From the NCBI GenBank assembly GCA_020184695.1, contig JAANOX010000276.1, positions 62,001 to 126,000 of the forward strand: a stretch of 64,000 nucleotides of DNA. The letters are read 5' to 3'. The DNA is from Histomonas meleagridis 2922-C6/04-290x (lineage: Eukaryota; Protista; Parabasalia). The notes beneath the pieces were generated by a model. That model saw nothing but the letters and a program-made list of their open reading frames with translations. It was not told the DNA's origin and ran no database searches. The position numbers and the translations under genes were made by a program. This document shows positions 22,596 to 34,067 of this stretch, piece after piece; positions within the stretch are counted from its first letter, which is position 1; each line of letters opens with the position of its first letter.

Positions 22596-23786
22596 TTATG
22601 TCGACAATATCATTGCCAATTTTCTTGACTCATCGATTGCCTCATTTTTCGGTTCCATGCAAAAGGAGTACAGTTCCATTAACATCTCGGCGCCGAACTT
22701 TATTCCTTCCTCAGTCATTTTCCCCACAATCGTACAAAACAACGCGACGTGTCTTGCATAGACGTGTTGATCTCTTATTGTCTTACTGCATTTCATCATT
22801 TCGATTACGATTTTTTGAATTATTTCATTTGGCAATTTTTCTTTTGTTAATAACCATTTTAATATGTTCGCATTTGCCGCATTTAATGGAACATATGAAA
22901 GTTTTTCGATATGTTTATATGATTTAGCTTTAACAAGTTGTGATATTAATGATTTTGCAATAAGTGGATTTATTTGAATTAATGAATCAATTTCTTCGAA
23001 TTTTATGTTCGTGGAGAGTTCTTTATGAGAACAAATGTATTTAATGAGGGCATCGGTTTCCCCTCCATTAAGTGGAGATTTAATAGCTTTTTTATATAAA
23101 GTTTGCGCTTTTTCATTTGAATCAATTACAACGCATTCATCAAGTAAAAAAGTGACATCAAATGATGTGATATATGTAGAAGAAAGTTCGCTCACACTGA
23201 CGGGAAGGAGTGGAGGAGGTGGTAGAAGATGTGGCGGTTCGAAATCAGATAGAAGATTACTAGTTAAAAGTTCAGAAAGAATCTGATCATGAGTTTGGAT
23301 ATCATAAGAGATTGACGATTCGTCAATAATAATACATGGAAGGCTTGTTTGAACTGTATAATGAAGAGTTGGATTTTGTGTAGTTTGTGGAATTCGAAAT
23401 TTGGGATTTAGAATTGACTTAGTGGAATATCCACCAAAATATTGTATTGATGAGCCAGATAAAATTTGAGATAAAATACAAGTAACACGTGGTGAAGTAG
23501 AATCTGGTGATGAATTCAAAATTGAATATAAATATGAAAATAATGGAAGAAATGGATTATCGACTAAAGAAACATTATTGAATTCATTTGATAAAAGCCA
23601 AATTGCGACGATTTGTTGGGAATGTGTTAAAATTCGATTTGAAAGGAAAATTGAAATTCCTGTTAATGCGATCATTCTATATCTTTTTTTCAAGGAAGAA
23701 TGAAATTTATAAGTAATTGAAGTTAATGTATCTGTTTCATTTGATAATAAAGACACCAAAAAGTCGGCATCTTCTTTTTTGAGCAT
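22596..23786 (-). CDS. CNOT11: CCR4-NOT subunit 11-like
   Basis: C-terminus (LIQINPLIAK...KTIRDQHVYARHVALFC...ELYSFCME) follows the CNOT11/DUF2363 pattern. Confidence 0.78.
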   Translation of the reverse strand: MLKKEDADFLVSLLSNETDTLTSITYKFHSSLKKRYRMIALTGISIFLSNRILTHSQQIVAIWLLSNEFNNVSLVDNPFLPLFSYLYSILNSSPDSTSPRVTCILSQILSGSSIQYFGGYSTKSILNPKFRIPQTTQNPTLHYTVQTSLPCIIIDESSISYDIQTHDQILSELLTSNLLSDFEPPHLLPPPPLLPVSVSELSSTYITSFDVTFLLDECVVIDSNEKAQTLYKKAIKSPLNGGETDALIKYICSHKELSTNIKFEEIDSLIQINPLIAKSLISQLVKAKSYKHIEKLSYVPLNAANANILKWLLTKEKLPNEIIQKIVIEMMKCSKTIRDQHVYARHVALFCTIVGKMTEEGIKFGAEMLMELYSFCMEPKNEAIDESRKLAMILST

Positions 23787-23871
23787 TTTGGCTCTTGGCG
23801 AACAAACACAGTCAATTTGGCATAAGTCAAATATTTGTCAAAAACGGTTTGTTCAAAGATAATTCCTTTGA

Positions 23872-24132
23872 ATGGGGTGTGTATTGTCCCTTTGTAACAA
23901 GAAGGAAGGGGTTGATTTTCAACCTAATGAAATGCTTGACGGACCTGGTGGACAACATACTCGTGGTGTTAGAAATGATAAAGAAGATCCAAATGCTCCA
24001 CTTCTTACAAAGAAAAATCCTACACCATTTGACAAAGAACTTGACGAATTCGTGGAAGGATTAAGTACAGATGATGATATGATCCCTAATGATGAGGAAA
24101 TTGAGGCGATACTTGGGGAAAAACAGGATTAA
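23872..24132 (+). CDS. Small acidic protein with N-terminal myristoylation/palmitoylation motif
   Basis: Starts MGCVLSLC; M3 motif AACGGTTT and a CCTTT element lie just upstream. Confidence 0.7.
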   Translation: MGCVLSLCNKKEGVDFQPNEMLDGPGGQHTRGVRNDKEDPNAPLLTKKNPTPFDKELDEFVEGLSTDDDMIPNDEEIEAILGEKQD

Positions 24133-24313
24133 TGTTTTTCTGTATCATTGATAAAATACGTAAATATTACAAGTAGATTAATACATTTTTTAGTTGGAAT
24201 TTTTAGCACAAACAATTAATTTTTTTCTTGATTTCTTTCACAAAATAAATCAAAATTATTTCACACTTATAAAAAAAAAATAAATTATTGTGTAAAATAT
24301 TGTAAGAAAAGAT

Positions 24314-24634
24314 TTATTCGGCTTCTACTGTAATGACTGATTTATAAAGAAGTTCAACTAATTCATCAAGATGTTTTTCACCATTCTTCTTTTGTGCCTT
24401 GATTTGTTTCTTTGTTTTCTTCATCATTTCTTTTTCCTTTGCGTCATTTTCCTTTTTCAGGGAAGATTCAAGTTCTTTCAAAGCTTCTGCATTTTTAGCT
24501 TGGATTTGTATAATATACTTTTTAGCTTCGTCATGTGTTTGACTATGAAGTTCCTCCTGTCTTTGAATTGCTGCGTCAAGGACTGCGTTTACCTTTTTCT
24601 TATTTTCTTGGAGATCCTTAATGACTGACTCCAT
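24314..24634 (-). CDS. V-type ATPase subunit G-like
   Basis: 106-aa single long helix from ATG 24634 with G-subunit-like ends (VIKDLQE...LDELVELLYKSVITV). Confidence 0.6.
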   Translation of the reverse strand: MESVIKDLQENKKKVNAVLDAAIQRQEELHSQTHDEAKKYIIQIQAKNAEALKELESSLKKENDAKEKEMMKKTKKQIKAQKKNGEKHLDELVELLYKSVITVEAE

Positions 24635-24705
24635 TCGATTTGTCACTTTTTTGTGGATGTTTACCAATGACAGTGACTGTGAAAAATTTGACAAAGTAAA
24701 TCGGA

Positions 24706-25266
24706 ATGAATTTACTAGAAAATGATCAATTACCAATAATTGAAGAACAATCTGTAAAAAGACCTTTAAACTCTTATATTTTATACTGCAGTAAAAATAG
24801 AAGTAAACTTCAAGAACAAAATCCTTTCTTATCAAATAAAGAAATTACAAAAATCCTAGGAAATAATTGGAAAAATCTTTCTCCTGAAGAAAGAGAACCA
24901 TACGTTCAAGAGGCAAATGCTCTTTTAACAGTATTTAAATCATCGAATCCTGAATACCATTACACAAAATCAACAAAAAAACGCCTTCTACAAGGAGAAA
25001 GATCAACTGCTCTTTATGAATCTATTTCGAATTCTGCTAATCAGCTAATTCAGATGACAGAACCACCAACAGATCCATCAGAATTTCTTGCTTGGATTGG
25101 TGCACACATTTTCACACAATACATACAATCAAATGAAGCAATCCCAGATAAGCTTGTGTCAGTGTTGCTAAACGGAAACTTAATGGTACCTCCTACACAG
25201 GAAGATATTCAAACGATAATACAAAAACTCAAAAAAGAGCAAAAAAGAAATAAGTCCAAAACTTGA
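24706..25266 (+). CDS. HMG-box protein
   Basis: KRPLNSYILYC...ITKILGNNWKNLSPEEREPY...NPEYHY is a canonical HMG box. Confidence 0.9.
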   Translation: MNLLENDQLPIIEEQSVKRPLNSYILYCSKNRSKLQEQNPFLSNKEITKILGNNWKNLSPEEREPYVQEANALLTVFKSSNPEYHYTKSTKKRLLQGERSTALYESISNSANQLIQMTEPPTDPSEFLAWIGAHIFTQYIQSNEAIPDKLVSVLLNGNLMVPPTQEDIQTIIQKLKKEQKRNKSKT

Positions 25267-25617
25267 AAGAACAAACCTCATTATAAGTTTTGGTATTGTT
25301 TGATAATATTAAAGAATAAATGTTTTCAAAATATTAATATTTTGTAATTTATTGAACAATATTTTATAACAAACACTATTTAAAACAATATTAGTTCCTT
25401 TGTTGATAGGAAAAATTATATCATTTCATTTGAGATTGTGTCAATATGTTCAATGATCAAATATTTTTCAAACAAAAATTCATAAACACAAAACTAAAAG
25501 TCAGTGATTCTCAATGATCACAACTTGAAGAAAATTGAGTCATAAATTGTAAATTTTGATTATCGCAAATGGAAAATGTAATAATAAATATTCAAGAAAA
25601 AGGTATACCTTGTTTGT

Positions 25618-26169
25618 TTAATGAGTTGCAACTTCGAAAACTGTCTTAAGACCAGTCAAACGATGGTATGCAGCTGCAAAACCGTTAAGACGATCTTCAA
25701 CTCTTGTCTTGTCATGGGCGTCAAGGGTGACATATGTTGTTTGCTTTCCATCGGTGTCATAGTGGGTACGCTTTGCAACGATTGCTGTTGGGTATACAAC
25801 ATCATCAAGAAGGCCTTCGTGAACAGCGCGGAGTGTACGTCCAGCATTACGGATGGCCTTGTAACGGCGACCTGGTTGTGGTGTCTTTGGAAAAGCACGA
25901 CGTTTGGCAACGATGACAACTTGAGAATTTCCAAGTTTCTTTTCAAGTTCTGGAACAAGAGCTCCTTGAATTTGGTGGTAAGCTGAAATTTGCTTGTATG
26001 GAACTTCAACAATAACAACTTTAAGTCCATTAACAGTAGCTTCTTTAGCACCAGTGATCTTGAGAAGATTCATGGCTTTTTCGTTAGCAGCACCCTTGAT
26101 TTCAGTGAGTGCTGTTGCAACTTGTTTTTCGAGAGCTGTTGCTTCACCTTTTTTGTCGATGATGCTCAT
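25618..26169 (-). CDS. RPS7: 40S ribosomal protein S7 (eS7)
   Basis: LVPELEKKL, VVIVAKRR, GRTLRAVHEGLLDDVVYP and YHRLTGLKTVFE motifs. True start is ATG 26169 (MSIIDKK). Confidence 0.95.
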   Translation of the reverse strand: MSIIDKKGEATALEKQVATALTEIKGAANEKAMNLLKITGAKEATVNGLKVVIVEVPYKQISAYHQIQGALVPELEKKLGNSQVVIVAKRRAFPKTPQPGRRYKAIRNAGRTLRAVHEGLLDDVVYPTAIVAKRTHYDTDGKQTTYVTLDAHDKTRVEDRLNGFAAAYHRLTGLKTVFEVATH

Positions 26170-26175
26170 TTGCAG

Positions 26176-26196
26176 AAAGGGCCACGCATAACCGTT
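26176..26196 (-). promoter_or_regulatory. M3 + M5 core promoter of rpS7
   Basis: On the minus strand AACGGTTA (26196-26189) is followed by CCTTT (26180-26176) 6 nt before the ATG. This arrangement is known for trichomonad ribosomal protein genes. Confidence 0.7.
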
Positions 26197-27270
26197 AAAA
26201 CTCCTTTTTTGAATGACACTTTTCCAATTACCAAATAAACTAATTTTATTATAAAATAAAGATGAAAATGACAAAATAGAATAAGAAAAAAGTAAATTCA
26301 ATAAAAGTATAATCAGAGCAAGAAAGTATTTTAATAGGTAAAAAATAAATTTTTAATTATGATAATTATAAAGTTAAATAATAACACGAAAACGAAAAGC
26401 AAGGAAAGAATTCGTGTTCTTTTTAAATTGGAAGAGAATATGCTACCTAATTTTTATGACTTTCACATTATAATGAATGTCCAATTCAAGGAAAACATTG
26501 TATATTTTACTCGGGACATAATTTCAATTCACATGTCACGTTATTATATTGAAGATTGTTGTTGCTTAAATGGAAAATTTTTTGAAAATGCACAAGAGAA
26601 TTTTGATTAAATACAAAATATTTTTATATTCTATTTAGTGTTGCTTCAAATTTTTCAAACCCATTGTGGAGTGTTTGAGCATTTCGAAATATTTTCATAT
26701 CATAAAAAATTAAACATGATGAAAAATTTTGTTTGAAAACTATATCATAATAACTTTATTATTATAATCACCCGATAATAAATAAACCAAAGTATTCAAG
26801 TATCACAAAAATATATTAATATTTTAAGAATTAAGAAAAAATCAATAAATTTGTGATTTTAATTTTTTTTTGAATAAATATAAAATTATATTTACTAAAT
26901 ACCTTAATAATAAAGATAAAATTTTGCTTGATTTTATTAAGGATAAGGCTCATTTTTGAAGAGTTTTTTTCGCTTACTCCATACTGCCAATTTCAAGAAT
27001 CAGAAATTCCTTTTAATTTTTATATATTTGATTTAGAAACAAAAATTTTTAGTACAACTATGTGTCAAGCAATCAAATCCAAATCATAAATGATAACAAA
27101 CTGAGGCTTGAATCAAGCCGCTTGATTCAAACCAACGAGTTCAATACTTGGAACTGTTCAACATTCCAGTCCAAGTTTTACAACAACATTGAATTTCAAT
27201 TTTAATCATTTGAATTTTGTGAGAGCTGATTTTTGTGAAGACTCCGCAAGAAAGAAGACGTTAATTATCA

Positions 27271-28470
27271 ATGGGTGTGAACGAAAGCCAACTAAAGAAA
27301 GTCGATCCATCCTTTTCCCATGCAAACACATACGCCAACATACCACTGAATGTACGTGGCCGTGGGAGAGGCAATAGGTTCCCTCGAAATTCTGCAACAA
27401 ATAGAACAGAATATCGAAGAGAAGCAATTCTTCCTCAACCTGAGCTACTCAAAATGTCATTCGCAGCAACATGGAGCATTCAATTTCCAGAAAGTCTTGC
27501 ACCTACTCCTCGAGAAGGTCATTTTTCTACATATTCTGAAGAATTACAAAAACTATATATTGGATATGGAACTGATTCAGTAGGCACAATAATGAATGAC
27601 GTCTGGGAGTTAGATCTCGCCCAACAAAAGTGGCGTAGAATTATTCTCCATGATCCACTTTTCCCACGTACTAATTGTAGTGCTTCAATTTCTGGTGACT
27701 TGATTTATGTTTTTGGTGGCGAAACTAATGAATGTGAATATGTTTCACAGCTTCATTCAATTAACATAAAAACCGGTGAAATATCCATTGCAGATGACTC
27801 TCTTCCGGACTATCCAGAGCCACGTATTTCACCCATTATCCAAGCCTACAACCAAAAAATCTTCATTTGGGGCGGTTCCAATGGATCTAATCTATCAGAT
27901 TTATCAATATTAGACTTATCTGAAAATCATTGGCGTACCATCAAGATTGATTTCCAAGGCAGAAGTTCTGTACCATGGTGTTTAATTGACCACAAAGTAT
28001 ATTCATATGGCGGATCAAAAAATTCTAGTCTTATAATAATTGACCTTGAGGAAGAAAGTGTTGTGCAAGAGCAATGTATAGGATCACCTCCTCCGCCAGA
28101 GTCCTCAAGCGCCGGAATGGTTCGCGTTGAGAATTCAATACTTTACTTCGGAGGAAAGACACAAACAAATTGGAGCTTACTGTATGCATTGGATCTATCA
28201 CGTTCGTGGTGGTATGTTTTCCATGTCCTTCCCGATAATGAGACCGTCACAGTTCGCGATGGTAGGGTAAATGAGTATGGACAATTTATGCTTCCTCGAA
28301 CACATCATTTTTCGATCGGCTATTCGCCGAAAGATAAGAAAGTTGTGGCAACGCTTGGTGCGCCTTTTAATGAGCCGCCGACATTGTTTGTGCTGTCGAT
28401 TGGCGAGGCGCTTGGGGTGCTCCATATGAGGGACGATATGCTCGACGAGCTTGCACGCGCGCATACATAG
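27271..28470 (+). CDS. Kelch-repeat protein
   Basis: Repeated YVFGG, FIWGG, YSYGG and LYFGG blades; MG start. Confidence 0.9.
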   Translation: MGVNESQLKKVDPSFSHANTYANIPLNVRGRGRGNRFPRNSATNRTEYRREAILPQPELLKMSFAATWSIQFPESLAPTPREGHFSTYSEELQKLYIGYGTDSVGTIMNDVWELDLAQQKWRRIILHDPLFPRTNCSASISGDLIYVFGGETNECEYVSQLHSINIKTGEISIADDSLPDYPEPRISPIIQAYNQKIFIWGGSNGSNLSDLSILDLSENHWRTIKIDFQGRSSVPWCLIDHKVYSYGGSKNSSLIIIDLEEESVVQEQCIGSPPPPESSSAGMVRVENSILYFGGKTQTNWSLLYALDLSRSWWYVFHVLPDNETVTVRDGRVNEYGQFMLPRTHHFSIGYSPKDKKVVATLGAPFNEPPTLFVLSIGEALGVLHMRDDMLDELARAHT

Positions 28471-29654
28471 TCATCTTCTGTAAATGTTATGTCAAATTGC
28501 TTTTGTTTACAAAAAGAATAAAAGTATTAATTTTAATAATGAACTTTTTGTTTGTAAATGTTATACCTCTTGAGAAAATGCACTTTAAGTGTTCATTGTT
28601 TTAATTGCTGAATTTCATTATTTTTAGGAAGAATATTAACATTAAAACTTTCACTTTTTGGAAACTTACTATATAAATTAGCTGGTACTAATTTGATTTT
28701 CTAATAATATTTTGATTAAACTACATTTTGAATCTGTATTTGTTGGAATTTTTTTGTATTTTTGTTATCAATTAAATATATAATAATAGTAATGAAATTG
28801 TTTGGTGTAACTTTATTTATCTCCATAATATAAAAATAGCTGCATTGATAATGCATTTTTGTTCATTGCTCCAGTATAAAATCATCAAATTATCAACTTG
28901 AGGTTAACAAGGAATTTTGGTGAAAATTTCATGAATGAATCAAAAACATAATGGTGTTCTAATTAAAACATAAAAACAATGGAATAAATAAGTTAGTTAT
29001 AAATTATCATCAAAAAAATTAACATTTTTGAATGAGCATGTGTGTTTTATGTCTGAATAAAAAGATCGACTTTTTTCAAATTTATTCAAAAACACCTAAA
29101 TTTCATTTACGAATATTTTTATATAATTTTTAAATAAAACTAAACCCATTTAAACCACCCACATTTTGCTGTGCAATAATTTTTAGTTTAACGAGAAAAT
29201 TTATGCACCAAGCTATAAAATGATTTATTGAAATTTTTAAATTTTTTGAAGAAAATTGACAATTTCTGAATTATTTCCTGTTATCATAATAGTTAACCGA
29301 CATTTTTATTAATAATTATAAAATGAACATTTAATGGATATGTTTTACTTGAGATTTCATCAAAATTTAATTTTCTAAAATTATTATCAATTTTTGAATT
29401 TTTTCCTATCATAGTATTGCTCATTTAATAGAGCACTTAAAAAGAAATCGATTTATATAAAACAACTTAGATAAAAAATTATGAAGAATTACCAAGAAAA
29501 TTATATTCGTACAAATATTTATGAATGAAATTGTTCTCATTACAAACATTCAGATATTAAACTCCTTGACGCTTCTTACTCGTGTGGACAAGAAACACAT
29601 TGTAATTGTATTTGCACATACAAAAATTACATATAACTTGAGAACTCAGATTTA

Positions 29655-31439
29655 TTAAGCGTGAGCCTTTCTTACCTCGGCTAGGATTGACTGTGCCTGC
29701 TTCAATGCCTCTATCAGTTGTACGCATTTGTTACGCTTTTCTCTTACAATTGGGTCTTCGACCAAATCGGGGTTCAATACGAATCTTTCGACTAATCTCA
29801 AACGTAATTCATCAACGGAATCCGTCAGCAAATACTTGAAGATGGCTTTGGGGATAGAATCCATAACTTCTTTTCTTACAACGACATAATATCTATGTAC
29901 TAAATCTACAAGTGCTGATACATTGTTTATAACTGAGCCAAAATCGATTTTGATACCTTGGAAGTCAGGATGTGATGTATTAATGTAGGCTAATTGAATG
30001 TCAATTAATTGGTTGATAAACTTTTCGGCATCTTGTGTGGCTTGTATAACACTGTCTTGAGCTGATAAGACTATGTTATCACGTAATGAGCTAAAACGTG
30101 ATAATTCAGGAACATTAACAGAATTATGTAATTCAATTAATGCTTGTTTAACTTCTTGAACACAATCAATAGATGGCTGACGAAGCTTTTCTATTTCGTG
30201 GTCAATAAGTGTTTGGAATGTTTGTTGTGGGAAGAACATTGAGCTGTTGATACCAGCATTGTTGGCGATCAACTTTTGCACTTTTTCAATTTTGAGATCT
30301 TTAACCGATGGAATTGAAAGCATTTTCTGAGGAAATTCATCGATGAGTATTGAAATAATAGATGAACCTCCCTCGAGACCGTTTGGTGTCAAATTTTTAC
30401 TCGATCCATGGAGGAGACCGTTAAATTCTTCCATATATTTGCTGACAAGATCAAAGAGAAGAAGCTCTTGTTCTTCAAGGGTTAGACCAATTGAAGCTCC
30501 ATATGTTTGAAGTTCATTCTTCTTCGCTGCAAGAAGTTCATTGACTTGAGCATAAAGTGATGGGATTTTAGATTTGATGTGTTTCATTAAAAGTTCATTA
30601 AGTGTACGTGAAAGATATGCAGTACCACAGTTGTTGGCAATATCTGCATAAGCTGGGTGACTGGCAAAGAATTTACGTTCACTTTCAGCAGCATCTGAAA
30701 CTTTCTTATTAGAATTGATATCATGTTGTGAACGATTGACAACACCAATGTAACCAAGCTTGAGAGGATAAACTCGGTTGAGAAGAACTTCACGAGCATC
30801 AGTTCCTTTATCCATAATATCAAGTTTTGTTAATACACCAATTGTACGATTACCTTCTGGATCTACTTTACGTGCGGCAATAAGAGAGTCTGAGTTGGCA
30901 AGATCAGTGTTTGCTGGTGTAATAGCAAGGATGATAGCATTTTTAGGTTTGATATAACTCATAACCATCTTTTCGATTTGCTCTGAAATATCTTTAGGTT
31001 GATCTTCAACAGCAATTTTGGTAAGACCTGGAAGATCAACTAATGTGAGGTTGAGAACTGTTGGTGAATAAATTCTTAAATTGATTGGAACATCTTTAAC
31101 ACCTTTGTTTTTGCCACAGAGGCGGTCTGTTTCGTCTTCGATTTCTTTGCGAATCTTGGTGAAATCGGTATATTTATGTCCAGGATCATGAAGAAATTCA
31201 CCCCACTCACGTGGATTATTGCCTTCTTCGATGTGGACAAGTTGCAAAACTAATGGGCGACGTGTACAAATACCGGCATTACGTGGAAGGAAATCTTTTT
31301 GAACAATAGCTTCCAAAACAGAACTCTTACCGGCTGATTGACAACCTACAACGACAATTTGTGGCAAATCTATTGCATGTGATCCAACTGTTGAAAAAAC
31401 ATTTTGAAGTTTGTTTAAAACAGGAATCAAGTTTTGCAT
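29655..31439 (-). CDS. Dynamin-related protein
   Basis: GCQSAGKSS, DLPG and TKLD GTPase motifs, middle domain and GED; no PH or proline-rich domain. Confidence 0.97.
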   Translation of the reverse strand: MQNLIPVLNKLQNVFSTVGSHAIDLPQIVVVGCQSAGKSSVLEAIVQKDFLPRNAGICTRRPLVLQLVHIEEGNNPREWGEFLHDPGHKYTDFTKIRKEIEDETDRLCGKNKGVKDVPINLRIYSPTVLNLTLVDLPGLTKIAVEDQPKDISEQIEKMVMSYIKPKNAIILAITPANTDLANSDSLIAARKVDPEGNRTIGVLTKLDIMDKGTDAREVLLNRVYPLKLGYIGVVNRSQHDINSNKKVSDAAESERKFFASHPAYADIANNCGTAYLSRTLNELLMKHIKSKIPSLYAQVNELLAAKKNELQTYGASIGLTLEEQELLLFDLVSKYMEEFNGLLHGSSKNLTPNGLEGGSSIISILIDEFPQKMLSIPSVKDLKIEKVQKLIANNAGINSSMFFPQQTFQTLIDHEIEKLRQPSIDCVQEVKQALIELHNSVNVPELSRFSSLRDNIVLSAQDSVIQATQDAEKFINQLIDIQLAYINTSHPDFQGIKIDFGSVINNVSALVDLVHRYYVVVRKEVMDSIPKAIFKYLLTDSVDELRLRLVERFVLNPDLVEDPIVREKRNKCVQLIEALKQAQSILAEVRKAHA

Positions 31440-31854
31440 GGTTAAATTAGAGAGCGGTTTGACACTTGACGATAGATTTGAAATAAAGTTGCGAATATTA
31501 AAAAGTGACGATAATCAGCCATTTTTTAAATAAAACGGTTTCTTTGGCAAAAATAAACAACGATTTTGGCAATGATTAACCCGTTCAAAAGAAAATAAAA
31601 ATTAAAGAAAAGAATGTAGGGCATTTTAATGACTAACAAAAATGATATTTTCGTTTTTGATCCAATAAAATATAATTATTATCAATCACAACATTAATTT
31701 ATTTCTTTTCGTTTTGCTGAATAAGGAGAGTCTTGAAAGAAGCAATGAGCTCAGTAAGCTTATAAATAGGAAACATTTTCTCATAAAGAATAATTTATTG
31801 TTCTTTAGTTTGGTTTATGAAACCGTTATTTAGTAGTAAACGTGCTCTATAAAA

Positions 31855-32193
31855 ATGTCCAACCAAGAAGAAAATAAACCTATCCCAGATTGGGAAAAGA
31901 ATAGAATGAAACAAATCGAAGAGCAAGAAGAAGAAGAAAAAAGACAGAATGAGGAAATGAGAAAGAGAGCAGAATTAGAAAGAGAGAAATTTCTAAAAGC
32001 AATTCAGGAAAAACAAAAACAGAAAAAACTCGAAAACGCTAATATGAAAGCGCCACAGCCACTTCAGTCAGATCCAGATGATCCAATAGCAGGTTGGGGG
32101 CAGGTAATGGATGCAGTTAAACCTTTGAGACCAAATATCAGCCCAGAAGAAATGCGAAAAGTTAGGAACCTCTACTTTTCAATGAAGAAATGA
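31855..32193 (+). CDS. Clathrin light chain-like protein (short)
   Basis: W-started heavy-chain-binding-like helix (DWEKNRMKQIEEQ...) and C-terminal GWGQV...EMRKVRNLYFSMKK parallel the CLC EWERV...SRMRSVLISLKQ pattern. Confidence 0.65.
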   Translation: MSNQEENKPIPDWEKNRMKQIEEQEEEEKRQNEEMRKRAELEREKFLKAIQEKQKQKKLENANMKAPQPLQSDPDDPIAGWGQVMDAVKPLRPNISPEEMRKVRNLYFSMKK

Positions 32194-32465
32194 ATTTTTT
32201 TTTGTATTTTCAATTTCAATTCAAATTTAATATTAGTATATAAATAAATATATTTTTTTTATAACATTGCATATTGTACAAAAATAATATTATAATTTTA
32301 TTCATAATTTTGCTGAGTTGGAATCTGATTCATAAATGAAAAAAGAAAGAAAAAAACTCCCATAACGATCAAATTGTTCACAATTGATGTCGATTTTTTT
32401 TAAGTACTTTTTTTTGGCACAATTATTTTCTCACAATTGAACGCTGCTAAAAAATAAGGCCACAA

Positions 32466-34067
32466 ATGGAAAAAAAGCAACTTCAGCAGGATTTAGAAAT
32501 TAATGACTTCATTGACTTAGCTCGCCCACTTATTAATCGTAAAGGGAAAAGCACAACAACTTTATGCCTTGAGTATTCAAAAATATTTGAAAAGACTTCG
32601 TATTATGGCTTCCAAATGCAAGGCAAAATATGGCTTTTACTTTCAATGATTACCGATCGTTCTTCATCAGTTCCTCAAAGTTATCAGCCATTGATAAGAC
32701 AAATGCCTTCAATTGAGATTTATTTAATATTCTTCTTTTGGCTTTCAAAAATCTATGATTTCACCAAAGAAGAAAATCCTACTGATGAACCAAATACAAC
32801 ATTTGAATTTATTCGAAAAGGAGATTATGAAGGATTTCTTAATTACATACAAGAAATGCCAAAACACTGGAAACCTGTAATGTACACAGGTTCTTTTTCA
32901 CCTGCTTATTACAAAAGGTGGCGCCAAACAGCACTCAATTATATGGCGAATGCAAATACCACAGAAGAAGAAAAGACAATCATGTCTGCCCTGTGTGCGA
33001 ACAAGGATACGCTTTATTCCTTCTCACATAACTTCTTTGATAAATTATGGAGCGAACTTTACATATTGATTTCTAATGCAATATGCGGTACATACGAACA
33101 GAAAATAGAAACACCAGAACCACAGTCCTTGTTCGAGAAGTTAACGTTGTTGTTTCTTGATCCTAAAATTAATCATCTAAATTTCAAATCAATTTTGGGA
33201 AATAAAGAAGTTCCACTTGTACTCAGAGTTCACATATCCATAGTATTTGGCCAGATTGATCAGTCTGTTCTCGAAGATTTTATTGATCTTCTTGTTCAAA
33301 ATTATCTTCTTGATCATGTCATTTTGTATGCTTCATTTGCTCCCAAAGAAAATGCTCTTGAAATCATATCGAGAATATACTCTGGCCTTCCCGAACCAGA
33401 AAAGCGCGTTTTTAATGTTTCCCAGCAAGTTGGGCTTGATTCTTTCGAAGTCGCCGATGGAATTGTAAAGTTCACAATATGCTCTCAAAAAGACGATTTC
33501 GACGGTTATGTCAACGAACAAGAGCTTTCACAAAGAAAAATAAATTCATTAAAATGGATGAAACTCATCTCAGCAACAAAGGAACAAGAGCTACTGGAAG
33601 CTAGACGCCTTATATCACGCTTTGTAATTGAGGGTAATTTCATTGAAGCTAATAATGTCTTTAAACAATTCCAGAGTTACTTCGATGACAAATACGAAAT
33701 CTCATGTTGGAACATTCTCTTTAAGACTGAACATCTTTACGCTCAATGGAAGAATGGTTCTGGAGATGCCAAACAATTGATACAAAGTTTATACGATTTG
33801 ATTAAATATCCAAACGGATGGATGAAAAAGTCTGCGCTTGTGGATAGAGAGGTTGGCCAGCATTGTATTCCATTGGTAACAAATCAACTTTTAGAAGCGC
33901 TATGTTCTATCAAAGATTATGACCGAGCGCTTGGGCTTTCGTGTTTGCTGTGCGATGGCAGGCAGATCTTGCGCACGTACTTCCAGAGAAACGATGCGAT
34001 GCTCCTATTGCAAGAAATAAAAAGAATCGCAATCGGTAAGTATAGAATGAATCAAAGTGTTCAATAA
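32466..34067 (+). CDS. Nucleoporin Nup107/Nup84-like
   Basis: IRKG...W...RWRQTA...SALCAN...FDKLWSELY resembles the Nup107 core; all-helical. Confidence 0.62.
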   Translation: MEKKQLQQDLEINDFIDLARPLINRKGKSTTTLCLEYSKIFEKTSYYGFQMQGKIWLLLSMITDRSSSVPQSYQPLIRQMPSIEIYLIFFFWLSKIYDFTKEENPTDEPNTTFEFIRKGDYEGFLNYIQEMPKHWKPVMYTGSFSPAYYKRWRQTALNYMANANTTEEEKTIMSALCANKDTLYSFSHNFFDKLWSELYILISNAICGTYEQKIETPEPQSLFEKLTLLFLDPKINHLNFKSILGNKEVPLVLRVHISIVFGQIDQSVLEDFIDLLVQNYLLDHVILYASFAPKENALEIISRIYSGLPEPEKRVFNVSQQVGLDSFEVADGIVKFTICSQKDDFDGYVNEQELSQRKINSLKWMKLISATKEQELLEARRLISRFVIEGNFIEANNVFKQFQSYFDDKYEISCWNILFKTEHLYAQWKNGSGDAKQLIQSLYDLIKYPNGWMKKSALVDREVGQHCIPLVTNQLLEALCSIKDYDRALGLSCLLCDGRQILRTYFQRNDAMLLLQEIKRIAIGKYRMNQSVQ

